A stretch of DNA of 63,963 nucleotides, filler included, from Barthelona sp. PAP020 (lineage: Eukaryota), in NCBI GenBank assembly GCA_040182905.1. It is 3 parts of 3 records of this genome, joined end to end, with 100 filler letters (N's around TTAATTAATTAA, not from the genome) between each part and the next. Parts side by side here need not be neighbours in the genome. Positions count along the whole stretch, not along the records: positions 46,146 to 63,963 come from JARQWU010000234.1; 2 more parts are not named here. The stretch is one strand, 5' to 3'. The notes below the pieces were generated by a model. That model searched no databases. It was not told the origin of the DNA and saw only the letters and a list, made by a program, of their open reading frames with translations. The translations under genes and the position numbers were made by a program. Within the stretch, counting starts at the first letter, position 1. Each line of letters begins with the position of its first letter. Positions 53,092 to 63,852 of the stretch are shown piece after piece.

Positions 53092-55224
53092 CTACGTGGA
53101 TTTTTTATCGAAATCAGAAATGTGACTTTGGAGCATTTTCAATCTTCTACTTATAATCGGCGGTGTCGAAGGATCGTCTATTGTTGAATTGAGGTTCAAA
53201 TCCAAAATTGAAGGTGTCTTGTTCAATTTACACAATTCTTTGGGATCAACAAAATTGGGAACGCTATATTCCACAATAGAAGGAGTTGGAGTGATTTGAT
53301 CATTTGGTTTTGGCCATTTATTGTTTGCATTGCTTGAAAATTCTACATTTCTTCGACTTGAACAATAAATATTGGGCAATTCGATGATGGGCTCATCATT
53401 TTTAGAATCCATTAAGTTTTGATGTAAACCAATGCTTAAATTAGAGTTTTGATGTATATCACATGTTAAACTAGAGTTGTTATTGATGTGTGAGTTTGAT
53501 TTGAACAAATTATTTCTTTCTTTTTGATGTTTGCTAGCAAAATCTGATTGACGAGCTAAAAATGTTTTGATTGACTTTTTTGAATGCTTATTCTTAGCAA
53601 AACGAGTCAATTCCAATTGTTGACGTCTATTTAACAATTTGATTGCCAAAATTTTCCATTTTGAATGAACGTCCTGTTGTTTATTCACGTACAAACTGCA
53701 ATATAAATTAAAAACACTTGTTGGAGTTTCATATAAAGATCCGTATTTGAGAGGTACTTTCTGAAAGTTTTGCAAAGTTTTTGAATTTTGGGAAAATTTT
53801 GTAAAAGATTTCGGAAAATCTTCTAAAATAGTTTTAAACATTTTCAAAAGAAACAATGAAAATTGATTCATTTGATAGATGTTAAGGGATTTGTCCAAAA
53901 ATGGGTTTGTTTTCCCATGAGACGTTGTGGGTTTGAATCTCAAGCTAATATTATGTATTTGCTTGCTGATTTTTTTAACAAGACTATTCTCTTCCTTTGA
54001 TCTTAATCTTTTCAACAAGTATTCATCGCTAAAATTGGAAACATCAATAGAATGTCTTCTAATTCTCGAAATGGGTTTAATTTCGTGATGATGCAATAGT
54101 TCATCTAATTCTAAGGCAAATCGATCAAAAAACATTTCAGCTTTATTGTTAGCAGTTTCAAAATCCATGCCATAAAAATCTTGATAAAATTGGTAGTTTT
54201 TTTTCGTTCTTTTTGGCTGTTCATCTTTTTTTTTTTTCGTTAATTGAAATGAACCCAGCTTCTCAGGATCAATTGAGAGTTGAAAAAGAGAATTCGAATG
54301 CGACAATCCTTTTCTGTAAAAGCTGGTTGGATTTGGAATAGTGTTGTCTGTTTCAGTTGCTGTATCAGAAATACTGATAGACTCAGCTGTGTCATCAAAA
54401 ATGTCAAGATTGATTGGCAATTGTGCTTGTTCCTTTGCAAAACTAGGTTCCATCATTATTACATTCTTAGCATCATCATCAACAATCTGTTTGCCTAAAT
54501 TATCCTTTTCAAACCCCCTTTCCAATTGTTTTTTTACTTGATCATTATGAATATGTCGCAATAATTGTTGTGAACCAAATTGAAGAGCCAATACTCGTCT
54601 TCTATTTTCATAATGTTCAATTTTTCTCATTGCAAGACAAGAAAGAAGTTTCCAACAAAGAATCCCATTTTTCTTTTTTCCTTTCTTTACATCCCTTTTC
54701 AATTTATTTACTGTGGTTGATAACTTGTTTGTTCTTTCTTGAAGCTTTTGAATATCAACAAAATGAGTTTGAATATTAAATTTGACTTTATTGAACGAAT
54801 TTTCAAATGGTGTCAACGGTGATTTCACTAATTTAGCAGTGTTAACAATTTCATTCAATGGTTGACGTATATCTACAATAGCAGTTGACATCAAACTAGA
54901 AGAAACTAACAGCCTGTCACTAATGGATTGCAAATGTTCAGTTTGTGATGCAGAAAAATTCTTTTGAGCTTTAATAAACTTAGATAAATCGTTATATAAT
55001 GAATTTAAAAAAAAAGATTGATCTTGAATTAAAGCTATATACTTGTCGGTTTGTTGAACTTTCAAATCTAGTCTTTCATTTTGATAATCACCAGAATATA
55101 TTTCATAATATTCATTCTTTTCAAATACATTTTTTGAAGTTTCAAATTCTACTTTTGGTAGATCTTCAAAATCTTTTTCATTAAAAGAATATAATGGCTT
55201 GGATGATAATAAATCTGAGGACAT
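53092..55224 (-). CDS. Hypothetical helical/coiled-coil protein (possibly F-BAR-like)
   Basis: Long ORF, first ATG at 55224. Amphipathic helical segments; the F-BAR resemblance is weak. Confidence 0.7.
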   Translation of the reverse strand: MSSDLLSSKPLYSFNEKDFEDLPKVEFETSKNVFEKNEYYEIYSGDYQNERLDLKVQQTDKYIALIQDQSFFLNSLYNDLSKFIKAQKNFSASQTEHLQSISDRLLVSSSLMSTAIVDIRQPLNEIVNTAKLVKSPLTPFENSFNKVKFNIQTHFVDIQKLQERTNKLSTTVNKLKRDVKKGKKKNGILCWKLLSCLAMRKIEHYENRRRVLALQFGSQQLLRHIHNDQVKKQLERGFEKDNLGKQIVDDDAKNVIMMEPSFAKEQAQLPINLDIFDDTAESISISDTATETDNTIPNPTSFYRKGLSHSNSLFQLSIDPEKLGSFQLTKKKKDEQPKRTKKNYQFYQDFYGMDFETANNKAEMFFDRFALELDELLHHHEIKPISRIRRHSIDVSNFSDEYLLKRLRSKEENSLVKKISKQIHNISLRFKPTTSHGKTNPFLDKSLNIYQMNQFSLFLLKMFKTILEDFPKSFTKFSQNSKTLQNFQKVPLKYGSLYETPTSVFNLYCSLYVNKQQDVHSKWKILAIKLLNRRQQLELTRFAKNKHSKKSIKTFLARQSDFASKHQKERNNLFKSNSHINNNSSLTCDIHQNSNLSIGLHQNLMDSKNDEPIIELPNIYCSSRRNVEFSSNANNKWPKPNDQITPTPSIVEYSVPNFVDPKELCKLNKTPSILDLNLNSTIDDPSTPPIISRRLKMLQSHISDFDKKST

Positions 55225-55403
55225 TTTGTCCAAAAAAATGAATTATTTTAAAACTGTTTGGTTGTAACAAATAATATTTTTAAGGATTACCTCACAGTAT
55301 TAAAATGCCACTCAAGTTACAAGATACAAATCTTTTGAACCAAAGCTTTTGCAAAGTCATCACAATACATTTTTTTTTTTTATAATTATCAACATTTATT
55401 CAC

Positions 55404-56387
55404 ATGAATTTAAACAATAATAATGAAAAAAAAGACATTAAACCAAATATTAATCGACTAACATCATTTTCAAGGACCTTAGGAGCTTCTCCTTCAAACA
55501 AACCTAAATTTCGACCTGGTCAATCCAAATCTAAGTCGAAACATTTATTACCTAGACAAAATAAAGCTTCAACTATCAATCCTAAAGAGAAGAGTCAAAA
55601 ACAACAAAATCAAAAACCTGTAAAAGAAGAAGCATTAGCAGATCAAAAAGACAAAAAGAAATTCAAAAAGAAACATCAAATGTCGTTTGTTTCTGCATCT
55701 TTTGCACCTGTTTCAAAAATACCATCATTTCAACCAAGTACAAGTACACCAAAAGGATTGATAAACTTTGATGTATCTACAACAGCTTCCACAGTTGATT
55801 TAACTGATGTTCGTTCCACCAATCAAGGAAATGAGCCAATTGAATTGCCATTTAATACCAGTAACAATGGAAATTTCAAAACTTTTGAGGAAAATGAAAT
55901 GGATGAAATATATATTGAATCAGAAAGCAGTCCAGTGCCTCATCTAGCCCCTGAACCTGAAACTATTTTGGAAACAGCGTATTCGGAGCTGATAGAGAAT
56001 CACAAATCTCAATTTGAATCTGGAGAACGATTATTCTTGGTTCATTTGCCCAGTTCATTACCAATACCCTTGAAAGAAGAAGAAGAGGCACAAAACAAAC
56101 AATTGAAGAGTGAAAAGATTGATGAAAAGCGTATGGGATTTCATTATACCTATGAGCCAACACTACCACAAAGTTTGACTGGTAAAATTGGAAAAATAAA
56201 GGTGTTTGAAAGTGGTAAGATGGAACTGTGGATTGGGGAGCAAAAGATGTTGATTCAACCCGGGTCTCAACTTCCTTTTCCACAAAAATTAGTCGCTCTT
56301 GATATTGATAAATCTAATTGTGTTGATATGGGGCCAATCGATCATTCCATGATTGTTGTTCCTGATTTTGAAAACATGTTTGAATAA
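55404..56387 (+). CDS. RPC4: RNA polymerase III subunit RPC4 (C53)
   Basis: LFLVHLPSSLP, GKIGKIKVFESGKMELWIG, IQPGSQLPFPQKLV, IVVPDFE. Confidence 0.9.
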   Translation: MNLNNNNEKKDIKPNINRLTSFSRTLGASPSNKPKFRPGQSKSKSKHLLPRQNKASTINPKEKSQKQQNQKPVKEEALADQKDKKKFKKKHQMSFVSASFAPVSKIPSFQPSTSTPKGLINFDVSTTASTVDLTDVRSTNQGNEPIELPFNTSNNGNFKTFEENEMDEIYIESESSPVPHLAPEPETILETAYSELIENHKSQFESGERLFLVHLPSSLPIPLKEEEEAQNKQLKSEKIDEKRMGFHYTYEPTLPQSLTGKIGKIKVFESGKMELWIGEQKMLIQPGSQLPFPQKLVALDIDKSNCVDMGPIDHSMIVVPDFENMFE

Positions 56388-56491
56388 GTGTTAATGATTA
56401 ATTTTAATTTATTAGTTTAAATGTTTGAAAGAAGAATAAAACCATTATTGTTTGTTTCCTTTTTTTCTTATTTTTTTTTCTTAGTATCTTG

Positions 56492-56830
56492 ATGAACCAA
56501 CATGAAAACATTAATATAATTTCATCTAACATGAAATATTATGAAGAAAGAGAAAAGAAACTCATTCGTCCAAAAGAATTGTATCCATATTTTCATTTGA
56601 ATGCAGTTGAAGAGAAAAATGTTGATAACTTTCGCACCCGAATTGGAAATGATTATCAAGTTACAAATATTCCTGAATATATTGAAACTTCAAATGAAAA
56701 AGACAATAATGAAATCATAAGTATTGACCCCAGTGAAAAATTAAATGATGGATGTGATAATAATGAGGTTATTGATGACAAAATGCTTTTACAAGAAGAA
56801 AATTGGTCCAGTCCTCCCTTATTGCCTTAA
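56492..56830 (+). CDS. Small protein with an ELM2-like motif
   Basis: TRIGNDYQVTNIPE resembles ELM2 'RIGxxYQAxIP'. There may be an extra 5' exon at 56421-56449. Confidence 0.55.
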   Translation: MNQHENINIISSNMKYYEEREKKLIRPKELYPYFHLNAVEEKNVDNFRTRIGNDYQVTNIPEYIETSNEKDNNEIISIDPSEKLNDGCDNNEVIDDKMLLQEENWSSPPLLP

Positions 56831-57013
56831 AATAAAAAAACAACATAATCTTTTTTATTCACAAATCACACTATGAATCCGATTCAATTTTAGTCCATTT
56901 GATTATTAAAAAGAAAATAAAAATTGTGAGATGGGAAAAAATCTCCAAACAATAAATACAACAATGGGTGAATGACGGAGTTTTGAAAAATTTGGAACAT
57001 TAGTTGTTCTCAA

Positions 57014-58306
57014 CTATCTCCAGGGTTGAGCATTACTTCCATCATGTTCATAAGACTTGCTTCTCATTCGGGTAAAAGCAAAGGCAAAAATGGTGAGGAC
57101 TATCGACACAGCAATTGCGCTCAAAATGATAGACAGGTAAGGAGATGATTCTTCAAGGAAAAATTTGATACATTTTGTATTTGGAAGCAGTGAAACATCT
57201 ATAATATTGTTTGTTGTGAATAAACCTGCACAATCTGGATGTATATATCCAGGATCATTGCATTCAGTGGCATCAAACGTTGTTAAAGTGGCAATTCTGT
57301 TGACTCCACAAGAAAAATATTCGTTATTTGTCATTTCAATGCGAATATAACCATTTTCTCCCCATGCCTCTCCCCAGGAGTTTAATACTTCCCAGTACGG
57401 TGGTGAACTTTCCTTGTTATATCCAGTGAGAACAACCGCATGCGTGTATCCAACGGCTTTTTGGAGATCGCCAGGACAATTCTCAATAATTCCATTTTCG
57501 TATGTTATCCAAGGTTTTGAATTAACAACAACAGCTAAAGGACCATAATTAAAAAGAGCTTTTATTATTTGATCATCTGATGCATAGTCTTGGTCTAAAA
57601 AATTAAAAGGAAATCCCCAACAACTGGTATGAATGGAATAGTTCAAATTCAAAGAAGGACAACTTATATCATTGGCCATATACACTGAATCACACATTGT
57701 TTTGTAGGAATATGAATCTTCTTTAAGCATTGAATAACTCATTGACCTATAAGATTGACCTCCACTTGAACAACTGCCTGTCTCACATAAAACATCCTGT
57801 GATGAAAGAAAAATTGGCTTGCCAGTTTTCTTTTGCAAATAGAATTCACTAACTCCAACAGCAGCTTGAGCAAAACAACTACCACAAGATCCTTGATCTC
57901 TTACAACAAAATTATAAGAATCTCGCCAAGAAAATTTGTTTGGTGGGGTTTTTGGGGTATTATTAAAGACACGTGCATCAAAAATCCATCCAACACTTGA
58001 ATAACATTTTAGCCGATCACCAGTTGAGGTAAAAGAATTGGAGTTAACCAAATATTTTCGTTTGTTCATGGAAAGAAAATTCAGCATTTCAGATGCATCA
58101 AATCCTGCAAGTTCTTCTGACTTTTTATCTAAAATTGGTGATGAATATGAATTAATTTGATCTTTTCTCGAATTAAAAATTGCTTCTCTCATTTCATATT
58201 CTTTGGAATCATAATTTCGACCATGAAATTTTAAATATGATTCGAAATCATATGTATACAATGAATTGAACAATAAAGTTATTAAAACAAGTGAAAAAAA
58301 TATCAT
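57014..58306 (-). CDS. Papain-family (C1A) cysteine protease with signal peptide, prodomain and C-terminal TM helix
   Basis: DQGSCGSCFA (catalytic Cys), HAVVLTGY, NSWGEAWGENGY, an ERFNIN-like prodomain, and a hydrophobic C-terminal segment. Confidence 0.93.
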   Translation of the reverse strand: MIFFSLVLITLLFNSLYTYDFESYLKFHGRNYDSKEYEMREAIFNSRKDQINSYSSPILDKKSEELAGFDASEMLNFLSMNKRKYLVNSNSFTSTGDRLKCYSSVGWIFDARVFNNTPKTPPNKFSWRDSYNFVVRDQGSCGSCFAQAAVGVSEFYLQKKTGKPIFLSSQDVLCETGSCSSGGQSYRSMSYSMLKEDSYSYKTMCDSVYMANDISCPSLNLNYSIHTSCWGFPFNFLDQDYASDDQIIKALFNYGPLAVVVNSKPWITYENGIIENCPGDLQKAVGYTHAVVLTGYNKESSPPYWEVLNSWGEAWGENGYIRIEMTNNEYFSCGVNRIATLTTFDATECNDPGYIHPDCAGLFTTNNIIDVSLLPNTKCIKFFLEESSPYLSIILSAIAVSIVLTIFAFAFTRMRSKSYEHDGSNAQPWR

Positions 58307-58631
58307 TCATTCCAAAATAAAAATGTTTACAGTCAATTATTTGTTATCATAAAGATTGATATGAAGATGAAATTACGAATAATAAAGATTATTAAAAAAT
58401 AAATAATTAGGTGGAAAATAAATTTTATGAGTTCTTTTTTTGAATGAAAAATTGAGCTTTTAAATTAAACATTGTCTTGCCCTTTTGAAAAAAACAAACA
58501 AAAATATTACAAAATTTATAATTTTCAACACACAAAGCAATTATCAATGAGATAAAATATAAGATAATTTAAATATAAGTTATCGGATCAATAATTGAGT
58601 GGATATTTTTTTTAACATTCAAAAATTTTCA

Positions 58632-61600
58632 TCAAGGACTGGTGGTAACAATTGGGTGTGAATCTTCATTATTATTTTGAACGTTAATATCCTTGGATAT
58701 TTTTCTTCTCCTGAAATAAATGATTGCTCCAATAACAAATAAAATTAAAATAGCAGGCATTAAAATATACAAGAAAATTGAAGACCATTGAACAGAAATT
58801 TGAGGTGTGGCTTTAACTTTAATTGTGACTGTTGCAATTTGAGAACTTAAAGCACCATCAGAAATCAAGTATCTGATTTCATCATATCCTTCTGGATAGG
58901 AAGTAAAGCTTTTACTTCTATATGTTACACAGTTGGTAGTTAATGTAACAGGAGTAGAGGCTAAAGTGTTCTTATCATCAATTATTTCACCAACACCTTT
59001 CTTTGTAATAGTTGTCGATAACTCAGTAGAATCTACATCTGAACCCTTGAAACAAATAACGATATTGGAGTTTTCCAAAATCTCCAGATTGAAGGGTTCT
59101 GCCACTGGAGAATCATTTACAGCAATCACATCAACAGGTAAACTTTGAATACTGGTTGTTCCATCACCGTTAGAAATAGTATATTTGATGGTTGCGAAGT
59201 TTAACCCATACTCATCATTGGGAGGCTTGTATTCAATTTCCAATTGTGCACTTTGAATAAGGTATGGATAATTATTAATGAGCATTCCATTATCATAGAG
59301 AGCTCCTTTATCTACCGATTGAATCTGTAATTCAGCTGTATCGGAAAAACTTGTTGTTAGAGTTTCTTGATCAACAATTGTGAATTTCAAAGGCGTATCT
59401 TCAAAAACAATTAATCGTTGAATATAAGTATTCTTGCTGATAGTGACTTCACATTTTGGAACACATTTACCTGTAATGTTTCCTGTTTCCGGAACAATCA
59501 CATCAACTATTGAATCTACTTCAAAATCATGCCTCACAACAATAGTGTCATCGAACAATTCTGGTTGATAGATAGATTGAATGATTTCGTTACTGGAAAG
59601 AGATTCTTTATTCACAACAAATGACCTCATTTCTCCAACAAAATGATTGGTAAATTGATCATATTCGTTTGGTATTGCTCCAATATAACTAGCTTGCAAC
59701 TCACTCAATTTGCGTCTTATCATTTGAGTAATACTTAAGATGCCATTAATGTAAATGCTTACCTTTGTTTCATCAGTGCCTTCCATTGTTATGGAGATGG
59801 CAACCCATTGATTTAATGGCATTGAATTTTCAGGAGTTTCAACTGTCATACAAACCAAATCAACAGGGTCACAATAACTTAACCATATTTTTCCATCGTT
59901 GGTATTCGGAGAATTCACAAAAACAGCATAACCATCAGGTCTTCTTAATTCCAAACCACAAATCTTGCGATTAGAAAATAAGCACATAGAATCAGCATAT
60001 TCTGAAGTTCTCCTAGCCCAAATAGTGATTGTTTGATTCATGTAATCCAAAGCTTCAACCATTTGAACATAATTTTGACCTGTAAACAATAAAACAGAAT
60101 CAAGGTATCCAAGAGGTAGCAAAGACGACTCATAAGTAAAAGTGTTAGAAGAGGAAATGAGAGTTGCTCCATATTCTTCACCAATAATCATTCCAACAGG
60201 AACAGTGGTTGTAGAATCAGCAGCCATGGGAACAGTGAGGGTGAAATTGTAAACACCATCAACCAAATTAACAGCATTAACAACCGCTTTCACAGTACCA
60301 AAATAGAAATCACCATCAGGTTCAATACCATTGGGCAATTCCATCGTAGCATATGTTGTGTATCCACCAACAATTGGTCCATTTGCAAGGGAAATATTAA
60401 ATTCGACAACTTGTATAACATTTGGCACAACACTAGAAATTGCGAATTGTTGCAAAGATTGTTCAACATCAACCTCAACTTTTATCGAGTATTCACCCTT
60501 CTTTAGGGGAATACTCAAACATTTAAGTTTTTCACAAGAAACATAATGTGAATCAACAACAATGGAGTCAATAATACAATTATAATTCACATCTGACTGA
60601 AAAGGCCCTCCTTCAATCATTATGTCATAAGTGCCCACAGTTAAGACTTTGACCAAAGGTTCAATTTCTTTTTCTTCTGAAGAAACAGTGAACTGAATTT
60701 CAGCTGTATTTGATATGTTAAATCCATCAGTTACACTCACAAAAATCGAAGTAGTGCTTGTTCCACAAACAGTATTTGATGCTTCATATCGAAGTGACTT
60801 ACCAGAAACAATTGAAACACTGCCAAATGATGGCTGTGAAGCTTCATGAATTGACCATGAATCATTATCAATGTCGAACACATCCAAAACAACATCCAAA
60901 ATTTCATTTTCAACCATGACATAACTGGCGTCTTTTACTACAGGTGGTGTATTCACAATATCTATAAAAACAGGAATATTGGTTGTTTCAACGTTTTCAT
61001 GAATCAATCTGTATTCAAAGCTAGTTTGAATTTTCCATGATTGTAAGCTAACTGGAGCACTAAAATCAACAGAACATTCGTTGACAACAACATCAGGGAA
61101 ATAAATGATTTCGTTTGTTGAAGTCATTTTCAATCTACCATATTGAGGTAGTGTAACAATTTTAATTGAATCACCCGAAACACAATCTTTAAGAATTATT
61201 GTTTGAGTTTGTCCTTTTTTGACGGTTATTGAGGTTCCATCGTTGTTGGTTTCATACAAATAGTTAAATTTAATATCATTACCAGTGCATTTGTTCTCAT
61301 CATGACAAATTTTTACAAAAACAGAACCACCATTTTGATTTGCAGGTGTTTTTGTCAAAATGTGAGTCGAATCAATAACTTGTCCTGAAACAGCAACCTC
61401 ACCAAATAAAACAGTCATTTCTGAACCAAAGAACCCTTCTCCAATGATGGTAACATCTTCATCCCCAGAAGAATAACCAAAATTCGGGATAATTTCATTA
61501 ATTGAATAAATCATAACTTTGAAAACGCCTTTTTGCAAAATTGGTTCATGACTTAATTCAACAACTATTGTATATTCCCCTCCTGTCAAAGAATCTGGTT

Positions 61601-63533
61601 GAACGCATAATAATTCATCACAAGAAATATATTTGGCTTCACTGCGGAACATGCCATTAAATACACATTCATAATTGTCTTCAGAATTAAAACCGAGTCC
61701 TTTAAGTCTGATATTATCTTGAGAATTCTGAGCCACAACCGCGGTTGTTTCTTGCTCTAAGATGACAGGAACGATTTGTTTTGCAGGTATTAATAAATTC
61801 TTTGTCTCACATTGATCCTTTACTATTAACTCAAAACTACCAACCTTTCTATTACAACTGTTAAAGCCATATTTTACTTCAATGCTTTGATCATCAAAAA
61901 TTTCCACTTCTAACGGTCCTTCAACAGTTCCTAAAGCAACAGAAAATTCAGAGAAGGAAGTATCAGTATCGTATTTCACAATGTCTGTTAAACCAATTTG
62001 GATTGACTTCGTGTCATATTCAAATTCAACCTCAACATCTTCTTTCAATTCAAAAGGGATATTAAAAACTTTAATGTAAACGTTTAAACGATCACTGATC
62101 AATCCATTAACGTTTAATTTAAAAGCAAAAGAATCCTCATAAAAACACACATCTTGTGCTTTTATTGCTTCATATCCTATTTCATAATTAGATAAAACAG
62201 TAGGTGGAATTATTTCTGTTGTAAAACGTCCATATTTAGGTTCATTAATGATCATCAAATTGAAAAATGGTAATTTTTCTTCAAAAGGTAGGAATTTGAT
62301 ATCTTTTACTTCCTCAGAGTAAATTTGTAGATATATATCACTCAAAAGATTTTCAGAAAAGTAAAGATTTTCAGCTATCCAAAATGGTTCAACATCTTTA
62401 CTTGAAAACAAAACATCATGAAATCCATACGAACCACAAGAAGGCCAATGTCCACTCAAAGTATTTTCAGTGACATAAGTTAGAAGAATCTCCTTTTCAC
62501 ACACATGTGCATAATAATGATTATCTTCAACAAAACCGCCACCACTTATTTCAAAAGTTTGTCCACCATTTGTTGTTGAAGCTAAAGGAAAAATTGTGTC
62601 AATATGGTATCTGGTTACTTCTAATTGAGTTGAATAATAAGTGAACCCATTTGAAGAATACTTCAACGTTAATATAGTTTTGTCTGGTAACAAATCCTTC
62701 TTTAGTTCACACTCTACACAAGATGTGACATTGTCGGCATATAAAGCACTAATATTTACCCAAGAAGCGGGTACCTTTGCTTGTCCATCAAATAAACAAT
62801 GCATAAAATCAGCACCAGGATACAAATAATCTCCCCATAATTTTAAAATGTTATCTTGACTGGCAGGAATGTTGAATGGAATAACTTCATTCAATGATGA
62901 ATATACAAACATACGGTTATGAATAGATATCGCCCCATTACCAAAATCGACAATAACATCTACTCCCCCAGTCTTGGTACTTGGTGGAACAATTAACACC
63001 AATTCTTCATCAGAAACATATTCTGCAACTGTAGCAACATCAGAAAAGTTAACATTATAAGTTCTATTGGGCAAAAAACCAATTCCACCTATCCTTAATT
63101 CATAGCCTCCCTCAATATCACCATAAGAAGGTGTAAGAGAATATAATTCAACAACACCAAATTCAATATCATTAGACCATGTTAATCCTTCATCTAATGT
63201 AACAGCGAGAACTGTTGCCCCAAGAATAAGCTGATGAGGATAAGGAGTCCAACAAAACATCAAATTAGAGTTTTCAAACGAACATGAAGTCATGGGTAAA
63301 GTTAGAGAATGATTGAAGCCAAATCCAACAAGAATTTTTCCTGTGTTCACAAAATTCTCACCATGAATAGCAAAAACAACATCAGCTTTTCTAGGAATTA
63401 CATTTGGTGTAACTGAATATATAAGAGGGCCTGTGTCACATGTAATGATTTTGAATACAAAAATAACAAAAATAATGAAACAAATTCTCATTTCATAAAT
63501 AAAATAAATTGATATTGATATTGATGTTACCAT
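58632..63533 (-). CDS. Type I membrane protein with IPT/TIG repeats, cadherin-like Ig domains and a LamG-like domain
   Basis: Signal peptide (likely start MRICF at 63491). IPT motifs (SLTPSYGDIEGGYELRIGG, IIPNFGYSSGDEDVTIIGEGF), NTPPV/NDSPVA linkers, LamG-like 'NQWVAISIT…IYINGIL', and a TM helix followed by RRRK. Confidence 0.88.
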   Translation of the reverse strand: MVTSISISIYFIYEMRICFIIFVIFVFKIITCDTGPLIYSVTPNVIPRKADVVFAIHGENFVNTGKILVGFGFNHSLTLPMTSCSFENSNLMFCWTPYPHQLILGATVLAVTLDEGLTWSNDIEFGVVELYSLTPSYGDIEGGYELRIGGIGFLPNRTYNVNFSDVATVAEYVSDEELVLIVPPSTKTGGVDVIVDFGNGAISIHNRMFVYSSLNEVIPFNIPASQDNILKLWGDYLYPGADFMHCLFDGQAKVPASWVNISALYADNVTSCVECELKKDLLPDKTILTLKYSSNGFTYYSTQLEVTRYHIDTIFPLASTTNGGQTFEISGGGFVEDNHYYAHVCEKEILLTYVTENTLSGHWPSCGSYGFHDVLFSSKDVEPFWIAENLYFSENLLSDIYLQIYSEEVKDIKFLPFEEKLPFFNLMIINEPKYGRFTTEIIPPTVLSNYEIGYEAIKAQDVCFYEDSFAFKLNVNGLISDRLNVYIKVFNIPFELKEDVEVEFEYDTKSIQIGLTDIVKYDTDTSFSEFSVALGTVEGPLEVEIFDDQSIEVKYGFNSCNRKVGSFELIVKDQCETKNLLIPAKQIVPVILEQETTAVVAQNSQDNIRLKGLGFNSEDNYECVFNGMFRSEAKYISCDELLCVQPDSLTGGEYTIVVELSHEPILQKGVFKVMIYSINEIIPNFGYSSGDEDVTIIGEGFFGSEMTVLFGEVAVSGQVIDSTHILTKTPANQNGGSVFVKICHDENKCTGNDIKFNYLYETNNDGTSITVKKGQTQTIILKDCVSGDSIKIVTLPQYGRLKMTSTNEIIYFPDVVVNECSVDFSAPVSLQSWKIQTSFEYRLIHENVETTNIPVFIDIVNTPPVVKDASYVMVENEILDVVLDVFDIDNDSWSIHEASQPSFGSVSIVSGKSLRYEASNTVCGTSTTSIFVSVTDGFNISNTAEIQFTVSSEEKEIEPLVKVLTVGTYDIMIEGGPFQSDVNYNCIIDSIVVDSHYVSCEKLKCLSIPLKKGEYSIKVEVDVEQSLQQFAISSVVPNVIQVVEFNISLANGPIVGGYTTYATMELPNGIEPDGDFYFGTVKAVVNAVNLVDGVYNFTLTVPMAADSTTTVPVGMIIGEEYGATLISSSNTFTYESSLLPLGYLDSVLLFTGQNYVQMVEALDYMNQTITIWARRTSEYADSMCLFSNRKICGLELRRPDGYAVFVNSPNTNDGKIWLSYCDPVDLVCMTVETPENSMPLNQWVAISITMEGTDETKVSIYINGILSITQMIRRKLSELQASYIGAIPNEYDQFTNHFVGEMRSFVVNKESLSSNEIIQSIYQPELFDDTIVVRHDFEVDSIVDVIVPETGNITGKCVPKCEVTISKNTYIQRLIVFEDTPLKFTIVDQETLTTSFSDTAELQIQSVDKGALYDNGMLINNYPYLIQSAQLEIEYKPPNDEYGLNFATIKYTISNGDGTTSIQSLPVDVIAVNDSPVAEPFNLEILENSNIVICFKGSDVDSTELSTTITKKGVGEIIDDKNTLASTPVTLTTNCVTYRSKSFTSYPEGYDEIRYLISDGALSSQIATVTIKVKATPQISVQWSSIFLYILMPAILILFVIGAIIYFRRRKISKDINVQNNNEDSHPIVTTSP

Positions 63534-63852
63534 GTTTACAAATATTTTACATGAGGTTTGTGACTGTTTAAATCAAATCAAATCATTCCCTTTTTTTTGA
63601 AATCAATTTTTTTTTTGATAACTCATGTTATTGACAAATATATATTTTAGTTTTAAGAGTTTATTTGTTTAATAAAATCACAGAAAAAAAGAAGCAATTT
63701 TTTTTTTGTAATTCTTTACTTTTTAAAAATAAAGACCATTTAATTATATTTTTCTTTTGAAAATATGATAAATACCGCAATTTTAGAATAAAATCTTCTT
63801 CCATTCTTTTAACGTATATTTTTATCTCCATTTCATTTTGGTCTATTTTTCC

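Noticed and set aside
3796..62829. The many 60-125 aa ORFs overlapping or antisense to long genes
   Set aside because: Shadow ORFs of real CDSs, often with TTG/GTG starts and no motifs. Duplicated shadows (9292 and 14828) simply mirror the paralogous ankyrin DNA.
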